From the NCBI RefSeq assembly GCF_009914755.1, contig NC_060940.1: a stretch of 64,000 nt of DNA, one strand, 5' to 3'. This DNA is from the human T2T-CHM13v2.0 reference genome, Homo sapiens. The notes beneath the pieces were generated by a model. The model was given only the letters and a program-made list of their open reading frames with translations, made no database searches and had not been told where the DNA came from. The translations under genes and the position numbers were made by a program. Below, piece after piece: positions 46,454 to 63,310 of the stretch. Positions within the stretch are counted from its first letter, which is position 1. Every line of letters starts with the position of its first letter.

Positions 46454-46845
46454 CAAATCCTGCAGTGTTTCTGCGTCCTATTAAAGGCGGGGTCGGATCT
46501 GAAAGGGAAGGACAGGGAACGCGCGGGGTACCGGAGGAGCCATCCCGGCAGAGGTTGGGTTTCCTCAAGAGCCTCTGGACGACACAGCTGCGGGGGGTCA
46601 GGGTCGGGGCACTCACACCCTTGGAATGACTACGTCCCGGGGTTCGGCGGGAGGGGGCGTGCTTCCCTGCCCCCCCTTCCTATCTGCTTGCCCTGCCTGG
46701 GGCTTCACTGTGCCTCTGGCCATTACCTTCTAGGACTTGCCCAGCCCACACCAGGTCGCGCACCGGCGATTTCTCCTGTAGAACAAAGAAGGAAATAGAG
46801 GGACCGAGAGGGGTGGGACTCGAACCCAAGTCTCCCACTCATCTC

Positions 46846-46900
46846 ACCCCACCCCACCCCACTCCACCCCACCCCACCCCTCCACTCCACTCCACTCCAC
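46846..46900. repeat. (CCCCA/CTCCA)n pentanucleotide repeat upstream of the HSF4 ATG
   Basis: About 10 units seen directly. Confidence 0.9.
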
Positions 46901-46990
46901 ACATCCCATCCAGCCAGCCTTTTCTGCCTGCTGGTGCCTCGGCCGCTGTCCGAGCCCCGCCCCGCGGGCTTGCACGTGGCCCCCGCCTGA

Positions 46991-52078
<5,088 letters not shown>

Positions 52079-52599
52079 GACCCCGCGCCTCTGAAGGGGC
52101 TTGGAACCAGTCCGCCGCTGCACATCCTTCTTGGCTTCCTGGCGCCCCCTATCGGGGGTGAGCGAAGCCCCCACTACTAAATGGCCTCTCTCCACTACCC
52201 CGACTATCCCTGCACATAAACTCCGTTTTTTTTTTTTCTGTTTCTGGTCTCTTTTCTCTATCGACCAGGGAGCACAGGAGTTATGGGTGGGGGGTGATTT
52301 TGCATTTGTAGAAGCGTCCAGATACTAGGTTTTTAATAGAGGAACCCCAGGAGGGTGGAGGTGCTTGGGGATCCGGTGCCTAGCTCCCTTGCTTAGGCCC
52401 GGGTCCAGGGCTGGCGCGGGGCCGCTGCAATCTCTGGGAAGCGGGGGCTTCTGGGTCGCGCTCAGCTCTGCAATGCATGCGTTCTGTGATCCTGGTGAGT
52501 TGGTATCCTTCTCTGAACTTCCTCTGTGACAGGCAGAGAAGAGGGGTCGATGACAAGATAGATGGAAAGCACCTGGAAATTGGCAGGCCCTGAGTGGGC

Positions 52600-53200
52600 G
52601 CTGGACGTGTGGGGCCGCGGGCCGAACTGCCCCCTCCTGGCCTCATCTCCTGGTGCGCCCCGGGTGGGGAGGGAAAGCTGACTACATGCACGTCCCCAGC
52701 CAGCGCGCGGCCTCCGCGGTGTGGCTCCTAGTGCCCGGGGAAGAACCCTCACCCTCCCTATTCCCAGCAGCCCTGGCCGCCCCGCCCCCGCCGCAGCTGC
52801 TGCACCCACCCCCACCCTGCCCGGCCCTTTCTGCACCGTCATCTCCTGCCCCGCCGAGGCTTGACCCGTGAGTGGGGACGCCCAAAACGGGCCAGACCGG
52901 GAGCCCCACTCCCGGCTGTGGGAGGGAAGGGAAACCGAGATTGGGCAGAATCAGCGCCCCACCACCCGCTGCGGCGCTCGGGGGTCGGGGGGGCGGGGTG
53001 GGTAGGACTGTGGGCCCCGCCCTGCCGCAGGACTCTCAAGCTCTGGGACTGGGTGGAGGGAGGTAAGGGGCGGGGGGGGAAAATCCGTGCAGTCGCACAT
53101 GCGCAAAGGCTCTTCACTGTCCCAAGACCCTGGCTTCCTGGCCAAAGAGCCCGCGCAGCGAGGTGGGGTTGGGGGCTGGGACCCAGCTCCGTGCCCCGCC
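52600..53200 (+). promoter_or_regulatory. NOL3: CpG-rich distal promoter and non-coding first exon of NOL3
   Basis: CpG/GC boxes; donor CCC|GTGAGT at 52868; ACGTG cores at 52605 (+) and 52689 (-); NRF1-like CGCACATGCGCA at 53094-53105. Confidence 0.6.
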
Positions 53201-54595
53201 ACCTGGCTCTCTGGGAAGAATCGGACCTGTCACCCTCGAAGGACTGGCCGCTAAATAACTTCGGTATTGAGAGCTGTGTGAGCCTCAAAGGGAGGGCCCA
53301 GACCAGCTGGAGTCTCTACCCCCAGACAGGATAAAGGGCAGGACTTGGGGTCATAGGAGGAGGCGGCTAACATGAAAACAACTTAGGTTGGAGAGAAGGA
53401 GGGGCCAATCCAATCTGCACCCTCCCTGTGTCTGTCCCGAGTAGGTGCTGTCCCCCTCTCCCTTCCTTTGCCCACCGATTGGAGGGACACTCTGGAAAAC
53501 TCAGTTGAAGAAAGCGGAGAGTCTGCGTGTACACAGTGCAATGATGTCAGTTAATGCACTAGTGAGGGCATGTGTTGTTCACGGTACACAGAAGAAGGAA
53601 CCACCAGCCCTTGGGACACTTAGGCATTGGTGTAGACAAGGGAACATTTGAGTCCTGGACGATGGATAGGTCCACGGAGCGGAGGGAGGAGAAAAGGATT
53701 CCAGTCTTAGCGATCAGCATCAGCAAAGGCTCCGAGGTGCCAGAGGCATAGTGAGTTCTCCGATCCCTGGCTGGTGGAGGGAAGCTGGGAAGGGCCTGGC
53801 TGTCCAGGGTGGTGGGAGGAGGCTAGAGTAGCCAGACCAGATATTTTGGGTTGTCTCTGATGGGCAGTGGGGTGTGGGGGGGAGGTAGATAGGTATTTAG
53901 GATGGAATTCTGCTAGACAGGAAAATATAGTTCAGTTCCTCATAGTTCAGGCTGGAGCAAGTAAGATTCCAGTTTTACCACTGAATCTCTGAGCCTGTCT
54001 CCTCATCTGTAAAATGGGAACAGCAATCCTAGCCCAGAGGGTTGTCAAAGTCACTGTGCTATCGGGCCTGGCAGAATGGGAGTGAGAGGGGCTCAGAGGG
54101 ACTGTTACAGGACATGAGGTGACGATGGTGGGGTGGCAAGGCAGGAGCTGATGGAGACTCACTGAGAAGTGGAGAAGCAAGATTCATCACATACGGGACA
54201 TAAAGGGAGATGGAGGGGCAGGGGGTAGTCCTGGTCTCGGCCTGGTGGGGAAGGGCTTCAATGGGAGGAAGCCAGGGTGTGAAGTGACGGGGGAGGTATA
54301 GTGTGACACCAGAGGGTACTGAGAAAGACCTGGGAGGCAGGATGGCGGCTAGGACTAAATCCTCTCTCCCAGAGAAGGCCGAGCCTCCTAGAGCCAGAGA
54401 AGGAGGCAGAGGAGGGACAGCAAAGGGAAGAAGAGATGGGAGGATGCCGTGTGAACAAAGCCAAGGCGGGGAGGAGAAGAAGTTATTATCAGGGTGGGGG
54501 TGGGCTGAGGGCATGGTTCAAGGCCTGATGTCTTTGCCTCCTAATGCCGGGGGTCTTGCTGGCTGGGTCAGGCCACTCACAGGAATGGGCCATAA

Positions 54596-55408
<813 letters not shown>

Positions 55409-56463
55409 TCTCTCAAAATAGTGCGATCCATGGAGGAAAATCAGTCCAAGTTCGGCAAGTATTTGTCGGTATCCTGTATGAGCTAGGCCTTGGGTACTTC
55501 AAGATCAAACAACAAATGTCTGTAGGTAATTCCCAGGTCAGCAGGGAGCCAGGTGGGTCAGCAGAGAGACAGTCACATTAGGAGTTAGGGCTTCAGTAGG
55601 GAGACAGGTGGGTCTCAGGTGATGTCAAGAGATCTTGGTCAGAGCTAGGCCTGAAGAAGATTCTGGTATCTCTGCTCAGGAATCAGGGGACCAGGAAGGG
55701 CCAGGAGACTACATTGGGGTTGCACTATGGTGGTGGTGTTGGTGGGAGGGTGTAGAGGCGGGGCTTGTCCTGGAAAGTTGGATATCAGGGTCAAGGTAAG
55801 GGGAGAGGGGCAGGGAGGCTCTCAGCACTTTGTGCTCTGGGTTCAGAGGGGACTGGAGGATAGAGTATGGAAGCAGGGAGCTCTGATCCTGGGTTCTGCA
55901 GGGCCAAAGCAGGAGGCAGAAGGCTGGACTTAGTAAGTGGTGAGGATGGTGAGAGAAATATTCAGCAGTCAGACTGGAAAGGACTTGTCTGCAAGCTGGG
56001 TGTGGAGTATCAGCATCAATCCTAGGTTTTTCTGCCTGGTTAGGTGGGGAAGCAGATTTGAGAGAAAGACCTTAGTTTGGATAAACGGGGTCTGAACTCG
56101 CCTCGGATTTGCCGGGGGTGGAGCTCAGGACGTCCTGGTTGGGGAGGGCATTCAGAGAGTAGATGCCAGTCCTGGGAAAGGCAGGGGAGGAGAGGAGAGC
56201 CACGGCTGACGCTTGGGGACAGAAGGAGGAGCCTGAGGAGGAGACAGGACAGAGCGTCTGGAGAGGCAGGAGGACACCGAGTTCCCCGTGTTGGCCTCCA
56301 GGTCCTGTGCTTGCGGAGCCGTCCGGCGGCTGGGATCGAGGTGAACTTAAACCCCAGCCTGGGTGTTCACTGGGGGCATTGAGGGAGTGGTCAGAGGCGG
56401 CGAGGGCAGCGGGGAGGGCAACCCCCCATTACTTCTCTCCCCTTTCCCCATGCAGCCCCGACA

Positions 56464-57348
56464 ATGGGCAACGCGCAGGAGCGGCCGTCAGAGACTATCG
56501 ACCGCGAGCGGAAACGCCTGGTCGAGACGCTGCAGGCGGACTCGGGACTGCTGTTGGACGCGCTGCTGGCGCGGGGCGTGCTCACCGGGCCAGAGTACGA
56601 GGCATTGGATGCACTGCCTGATGCCGAGCGCAGGGTGCGCCGCCTACTGCTGCTGGTGCAGGGCAAGGGCGAGGCCGCCTGCCAGGAGCTGCTACGCTGT
56701 GCCCAGCGTACCGCGGGCGCGCCGGACCCCGCTTGGGACTGGCAGCACGTGGGTCCGGGTGAGCGCGCGGGGCGGGGCCTAGGGCAGAGCAGGGACGGGG
56801 CTGGGGCAGACAAAAGGCCCGGGGAGGGCAGGGTTGTCGTCTCCGCTAGAAGTAGGCGAGTGTGAAACCGCACAGGGGTAAATTGAGCCTCAGTCACTCC
56901 CACTTCCGCCCCAGGCTACCGGGACCGCAGCTATGACCCTCCATGCCCAGGCCACTGGACGCCGGAGGCACCCGGCTCGGGGACCACATGCCCCGGGTTG
57001 CCCAGAGCTTCAGACCCTGACGAGGCCGGGGGCCCTGAGGGCTCCGAGGCGGTGCAATCCGGGACCCCGGAGGAGCCAGAGCCAGAGCTGGAAGCTGAGG
57101 CCTCTAAAGAGGCTGAACCGGAGCCGGAGCCAGAGCCAGAGCTGGAACCCGAGGCTGAAGCAGAACCAGAGCCGGAACTGGAGCCAGAACCGGACCCAGA
57201 GCCCGAGCCCGACTTCGAGGAAAGGGACGAGTCCGAAGGTGTGAGTCCGCCCAAACCCTGAGCCGGCTTGGCGGGAGGGCATGGCCTGGGAAGCGGATGC
57301 CGGACCCCACCTCTTTGACCACTGTTCCCGTCATCTCTAGATTCCTGA
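56464..57348 (+). CDS. NOL3: Nucleolar protein 3 / ARC (apoptosis repressor with CARD), 208 aa; alternative-frame NOP30 isoform 219 aa ending at 57391
   Basis: Exons 56464-56758 (CARD: [24 protein letters not shown]...), 56915-57238 (Pro/Glu repeats), 57341-57348 = 627 nt. The alternative donor after 56748 shifts exon 3 into the Arg/Ser-rich frame. Confidence 0.96.
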
Positions 57349-57461
57349 AGGCCAGAGCTCTGACAGGCGGTGCCCCGCCCATGCTGGATAGGACCTGGGA
57401 TGCTGCTGGAGCTGAATCGGATGCCACCAAGGCTCGGTCCAGCCCAGTACCGCTGGAAGTG

Positions 57462-57467
57462 AATAAA
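57462..57467 (+). terminator. NOL3: NOL3 proximal poly(A) signal AATAAA
   Basis: Canonical hexamer about 115 nt after the ARC stop; distal candidates ACTAAA at 58008 and AATAAA at 58531. Confidence 0.6.
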
Positions 57468-57908
57468 CTCCGGAGGGTCGGACGGGACCTGGGCTCTCTC
57501 CACGATTCTGGCTGTTTGCCCAGGAACTTAGGGTGGGTACCTCTGAGTCCCAGGGACCTGGGCAGGCCCAAGCCCACCACGAGCATCATCCAGTCCTCAG
57601 CCCTAATCTGCCCTTAGGAGTCCAGGCTGCACCCTGGAGATCCCAAACCTAGCCCCCTAGTGGGACAAGGACCTGACCCTCCTGCCCGCATACACAACCC
57701 ATTTCCCCTGGTGAGCCACTTGGCAGCATATGTAGGTACCAGCTCAACCCCACGCAAGTTCCTGAGCTGAACATGGAGCAAGGGGAGGGTGACTTCTCTC
57801 CACATAGGGAGGGCTTAGAGCTCACAGCCTTGGGAAGTGAGACTAGAAGAGGGGAGCAGAAAGGGACCTTGAGTAGACAAAGGCCACACACATCATTGTC
57901 ATTACTGT

Positions 57909-57914
57909 TTTAAT
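57909..57914 (-). terminator. MATCAP1: MATCAP1 poly(A) signal ATTAAA
   Basis: tttaat on +; first canonical hexamer I find on - downstream of the stop at 59095. Confidence 0.65.
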
Positions 57915-58346
57915 TGTCTGGCTTCTCTCTGGACTGGGAGCTCAGTGAGGATTCTGACCAGTGACTTACACAAAAGGCGCTCTATACATATTATAATATA
58001 TTCGCTTACTAAATGAATAAGGACTTTCCAACTGCGTTTCTGAGTTTTACAGATGGGAAAACTAAGGCCAAAGGATAGGAGTGGGGTTCACACAGCTAAG
58101 TCTGAAGGGAAACTGGAAGCAGCAACCACCTCTGCACCTCACCTGGTCTAAGAGGGGTTCAGGACTTGGGCCACCAAACTCTAGGGCCTGTCCCTCAGGT
58201 GCAATTGCAGCTGCTCCTAGGCTATGCCAACCTCTGCCAGAGAGCAGCTGTGAGGGTGTGAGCAAAGACAGGAACAGCAGAGGCCAGTGGAGGGAGTGGG
58301 GAACAGGGCCAAGGGAGCTCTTGGGCTTGACTCTCAAGGCCTGAAT

Positions 58347-58348
<2 letters not shown>

Positions 58349-58404
<56 letters not shown>
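58349..58404. repeat. (GT)28 microsatellite in the MATCAP1 3'UTR
   Basis: Uninterrupted dinucleotide run. Confidence 0.97.
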
Positions 58405-58407
<3 letters not shown>

Positions 58408-59094
58408 GGGAGTGGGGCTGGGAAAATTGGTGCCTTCCAAGAAGGAGTGTCCTGTCCAACCCCCCGCACCCCCACGGAACCTTCAGGAGCTGCTGCTCCC
58501 AGCCACAGGAAGTAGACCATATAAATATGGAATAAATACATGACCAGTGAGAGAGGCAAAATGTCGGAAAGCAGACCCCAGGCCAGCTGGGTCTCTACTA
58601 CCAGGACCCCAGGCTCAGGCCATCAATCACCCCAGGAGAAGGGAGCCCGACCCCCACCAGGACCCAGTGAGAGGTAGACAGCACAAATGCTGAAGGAGCA
58701 CCAAGGGGCCAGGTAAGGGAAGGGAGAGACTGGAGTACTGGGACAACCAAAGCCATCTCATGCAAGAACAAGTTTCTATTCCCAAACCACCCCCATCCCC
58801 ATCAATGCTCAGCTCTCTTCCTGCCCCCATGCCTTCCCTCTGCTCAACAGAGAGCTGGAGGCAGGAGGGCGACTCAGTTTGCCAGACATGCTGCTGCAGG
58901 TCCCCAGACCCCAGGGAGGCTGGCAAGGGACACAAACACTTTGATGTTGCCACTCCTCCTCAAGGAATGCTCCTGCCCTCCCAACACCCCCAAGAAACAC
59001 CTAGGCCGTGGACGCACAGAGCAAACTGCTTCATGTTCTAGGGGCCTATCTGGAGCTTCTGTCCAGGGCCTCTGACTGCAGCCCTCAACGGACA

Positions 59095-62000
59095 TCAGTC
59101 GGGTAGCAGGCGACCCAGCTCCGCCTCATCCAGCCGGTTGGTGGCCATGATGTGCTCCAGCTGCTGCCGGTAGCGTGCCAAGTCCTGCATGAAGTGGGGC
59201 ACCCGGGTATTATCCAGCACCCCATGGGGCCGCAGGTGGTCCACATCCTCATAGGACACCTGCAGGAGGAAGCCGGGCATCAGGCATAGGCAGTGGCCCC
59301 TGGCTTTCAGGTAGCTGGTCCCAGCCCACTGCTTACAGCTCACAGCCTTTGCTCCGGGACTTCTTCCTCTCCCCTCCTGATCCACAATTAGCTACAACGT
59401 TTTATACCTCTAGACTCAATCCTTCATCTTTGCCCTTTCTCTCAACAGTTTCTTTTTGTCATAGATGCCCTACAACCCCACTTCTCTCTCCAGCCCAGCC
59501 TCTCAGACCCTCACCTCCAAACATGGGCATCCAACTGCCTCCTTAATGTCTTCCCCTGGATAACCCTCAGGATGGCCCCATGTCCAAAAGTCAACTCCTG
59601 AGTGCCAGCTTATGCCAGCTCCACCCTCTTTACAGTCACCCAGGTCAGATTCCCGGGAGGGGGCTTGGACTCTCACCCTCCCATCAGGGTAGCCGCTGAG
59701 TTAAAAGTATTCCCCTCTCTGAAGAGCTCTCCAGCTTGTCCCTTCATCTCCAACCCAGCGGCCACTGCCTGGTTAGGCCAGACCACCATCCCTTCTGCAG
59801 GAGTGACAGGCAAGGCCTCCTCCGTGCCCCTGCACTCCCTTCCCTAGTCCTCTCTCCAATCCACCTCCCATATGATGTCCAGAAGGAGCCTTCTGAAGCA
59901 AATATCAGAGTCACTCCTCTGCTTAAAGCTCCTCTCACTCCCCGTTGCTTCAGATGAAATCTACTTTCCTCGGCCTGGCACAAATGCCAGTGCCAGGGAG
60001 TTGGTCCCTGGCCATTTCTGCAGCCTTCTTCCCCTGGCCTTCCTGATCACTCCCTTGGCCTGGAATGCTCATCTCCTTTGAGATGCAGTATCTACATACA
60101 CCTGCAGCCTCCGTTAAGCACCTGGTTTTGCTGCCAGAGTCATTTCATCTCCTGTTCTCACTTCCACCCACGCTCCCCCCTACCACCACAGGCCTGACAC
60201 CCAGCCCTCGGTCTAGCACCAATCCGAGGCTCAGGGAATTCTACAGCAAGGCAGGGAGCTGGCTGGGACCTCTGAAGGTCCACAGCCCCTCACCTTGCCC
60301 AGTGAGGTCAGCAACGGGAAATCGATGGTCTGGCGATGTCGCAGAATGCGCACGATGCCGTCCAGGTACACCTGGTCCTTGCTGAAACAACCTGGGAGGG
60401 CAGGAGGGCGGTGAGCCCCGCCCCTCGCCCGAAGCCCCGCCCCCACCCCGGCTCTAGGCACCTCCCCCGCGCTGGCGCACACCTGGCAGCGAGGTGTCGG
60501 TCTGGCCGCGCTTGGCGCGCACGCAGTACTCCCAGCGCACATCGGCGTCCTGCACGTAGCGCTCCAGGTCCTGGAAGAGCTGACGGAAGGACATGCGCGC
60601 GGCGCGGTGGATGGTGTAGTAGAGCAGTGCAGCGCGCCACAGGAACGGCTGCTTGCGGAACAGCACGCTGTGCAGGCTGGCCAGGCCCTCCTCCGTGGGG
60701 TTCGCCGGCCGCAGCCCGTACCGCAGCCGGCCCTCCGCGTTGTGCCACGGCTGGCGCGCGTTGTTCACGCCCCGCAGGTAGTGGGTGCCTGCGGGGAAGG
60801 CGAGGGGAGGCGGCGCTGGGCGGGGCGTTCGGGGACCCGCCTGCGAGCCCAGCCCTGGCCCTGTTCCATCTGGCCGGGGCTCTGGCCGCGACACTTCCAT
60901 CCTCATGCTCCTGAACTCAGGCTCGCACACAGGCTCTCCCAGCCCCAGGCAGCGTGAAGCTCCTCCTCCTGTGGACTCGCACCCAAGGATCCACAGAGGC
61001 TCACATACATGAATCCTCTCCCACCCATCCGCCCCCCACCCTACACCCACGCACCCACACACGTGCACGAACTCTCCCAAACTGACATTGCCCCCAGCCC
61101 TCCTGGGCACAAGAATACATATACCACCCTGCCCAACATCCTGGGTGCCCATATCATCTTGAACAGTCATGCTGATGCCCCCGGTAAAAATCACTCTTGC
61201 CCAGAGCAACAGGATTCTCGAGGAAGAGGGACAGACAGATAGGAATAGTGGTTAGTGCCCTGCACCCCCCTGCCCAAACTGGCCAGTCCCCTCCTAAACC
61301 AGGTGCCATGTGTCCTCAAGTCAAGTCCATTCCCAGGACCTGGCCTTCCATCCACCCTGGAGGGCCAGCGTGGTGGCTGGCCTGGTGGGACCCTGAGGGT
61401 TCTTTCTCTGGCCGGTCAGGGCCTGACCAGCCTTGCCCGCACTGTTGGGAGAAGTCGGAGAGGAAGTGGAGAGAGAAAAATATACCCGAAAGGACCAAGA
61501 GATGAGAGCGAGCCCAGAGCATGGGCAGGCATGTTCTGGCCTACCTCTGTAAGCAGAGGGCGGGAGGTGGCTGCTCAGGAAGGGAAAGCCCCGACCTCAG
61601 GAGGGAAGGGGGAGAAACAAAAAGGGGAGTTATTGGGGCCCCTCCTTCCCACCCCTCCCAGCTCCCAGGCCCCTTTCATGCCTACCCATCTGCCCGGATA
61701 CCCACACCCTGACCTATCTCATGCCGCAGCATGCCCTCCAACCAGTACTGGCGGGCTCCGGTCAGGTTGATCGCCAATGTGGGCCGGCTGTTCTCCACCA
61801 TCATCACTGCCTGGGACAGCAGGTCCTCACTCAGCTGCACCACAACCTGCAGGTGGCAGTGCTCTGAGCCATGGCCACCAGCCTGGGGCCAGGGTGCAGG
61901 TGGACCCAATGATGCCACAGGGCAGCGAGGCCAGACAATTGGCCAGGGCACCCACCCTTCATCACCTCTGCTCAGAACCAGCTCCCACCTCACTGGGGCA

Positions 62001-62894
62001 GGGGCAGGGGTGGGTCAGGTGTGGAGCTGGACCTGGGACCGCCCACAAGACACCCTGATTTGGGGCATGTAGAGGAAGGGCTCTGCAGGCAAGCTCACCT
62101 CCCCAGCGCAGCCCTCCTTCTGCATGTATTTGCGCACAATCGACCATATCTGGCACTTGGTGAGCAGCTGCCCCCCAGTGGCAGCCTCAAAGTGTTCATA
62201 GGTTCCAAACTTCTCCAGAACAGCCTCAATGATGCCAACTGCCTGTACACGGGGCCACAGTGGCTGGTCAGGACAAGCCCCTTGGGTGGTCAGGGCCAGG
62301 ATACGGTGGGGAGGCTGGACTGACCTGATGGATGAACTGTCCAGAGGCCTCGCAGTACTTTTCCAGCACAGCCGTGGGCATGGGCTCCTGGTACTCAAAC
62401 TGTGGATTGTAGGTGTAATGGGACTGGAAGAACTTGTCTCGCTCACGGTCCATGTTGGTTGGCCGCAGGGCCACCAACATGCAGGGGCTCTTGCTGGCAA
62501 TATGGCCTGCATCCCTTTGAGTCTTAGCAATGTGAGGCAGGGAGGCTGCAGGCCGCAGGGTGCCCCCACCTGGGTTCCGTCCCCGTCCAGGTGGAGGCCG
62601 TCCCAGGGTGCCACGCCCCCGCCGGCCAGTACTATTTACAGAGTAGGTGCTCTCACTGCGACGCATGTGGCCACGGTGGCCCAGGAGCATCTGTGAGAAC
62701 GGCTGCTGCTCAGGCTGGGGCTGCAGCGCTGGGGGGACTGCCAGAGCCAGGGGCAAGGCCAGGGACTGAGACCAGGGGTACAGTGGTGGCCCATCTCGGT
62801 CTGAGGGCTTCAGCCTATGGCGCAGGGATGGGGGACTGGTAGGCGGGCTGGGGGGTGCCTGATCATACGCCTGAGCCCCTGAGTCCAGCACCAT
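59095..62894 (-). CDS. MATCAP1: Microtubule-associated tyrosine carboxypeptidase 1 (KIAA0895L), 471 aa metallopeptidase
   Basis: Exons 62894-62325, 62242-62099, 61846-61714, 60788-60483, 60391-60294, 59259-59095 = 1416 nt. MVLDSGAQAYDQAPPSPP...; HExxxH motif HEIGTH and downstream TEEGLA; ends RLLPD*. Acceptor before 62950 implies an upstream non-coding exon. Confidence 0.93.
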
Positions 62895-63149
62895 TCTGTC
62901 CTGGGGGTCACATCCAGCCGGGTCACTCCAACTCCCCACACTGTCGACCTCTGGGGACACAGAAGGGCATGTGGAGACCAGCATGAGTGGGTGTGACCAA
63001 ACGACCAGCAGGCCCTGTACTCCACATTGCCTCTGCTGGGCCCTTGGTGGGCCCAGGCTCTGCTACCAGGGGTCTGATTGGCTGCAGCGTCCATTGCCTC
63101 CAGCAGACTCACCCAAATATGCTGGGCCGGAAGAAAGCACTTTTGTTTT

Positions 63150-63310
63150 CGTTTTTGTTTTTTGAGACAGGGTCTCACTCTGTTGCCCAAGGTGGAGTGC
63201 AGTGCAATGATCATAGCTCATTGCAGCCTCCAACTCCTGGCCTGAAGTGATCCTCCCGCCTCAGCCTCCCAAAGTGCTGGAATTAAATGCATGAGCCATC
63301 GCACCCAGCC
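63150..63310 (-). mobile_element. Alu monomer/fragment
   Basis: Alu consensus. Confidence 0.8.

Noticed and set aside
56931-57589. Antisense 190-aa Gly/Ser-rich and 161-aa Ala/Pro-rich ORFs
   Set aside because: Shadows of the NOL3 PE-repeat codons; no promoter or splice support.
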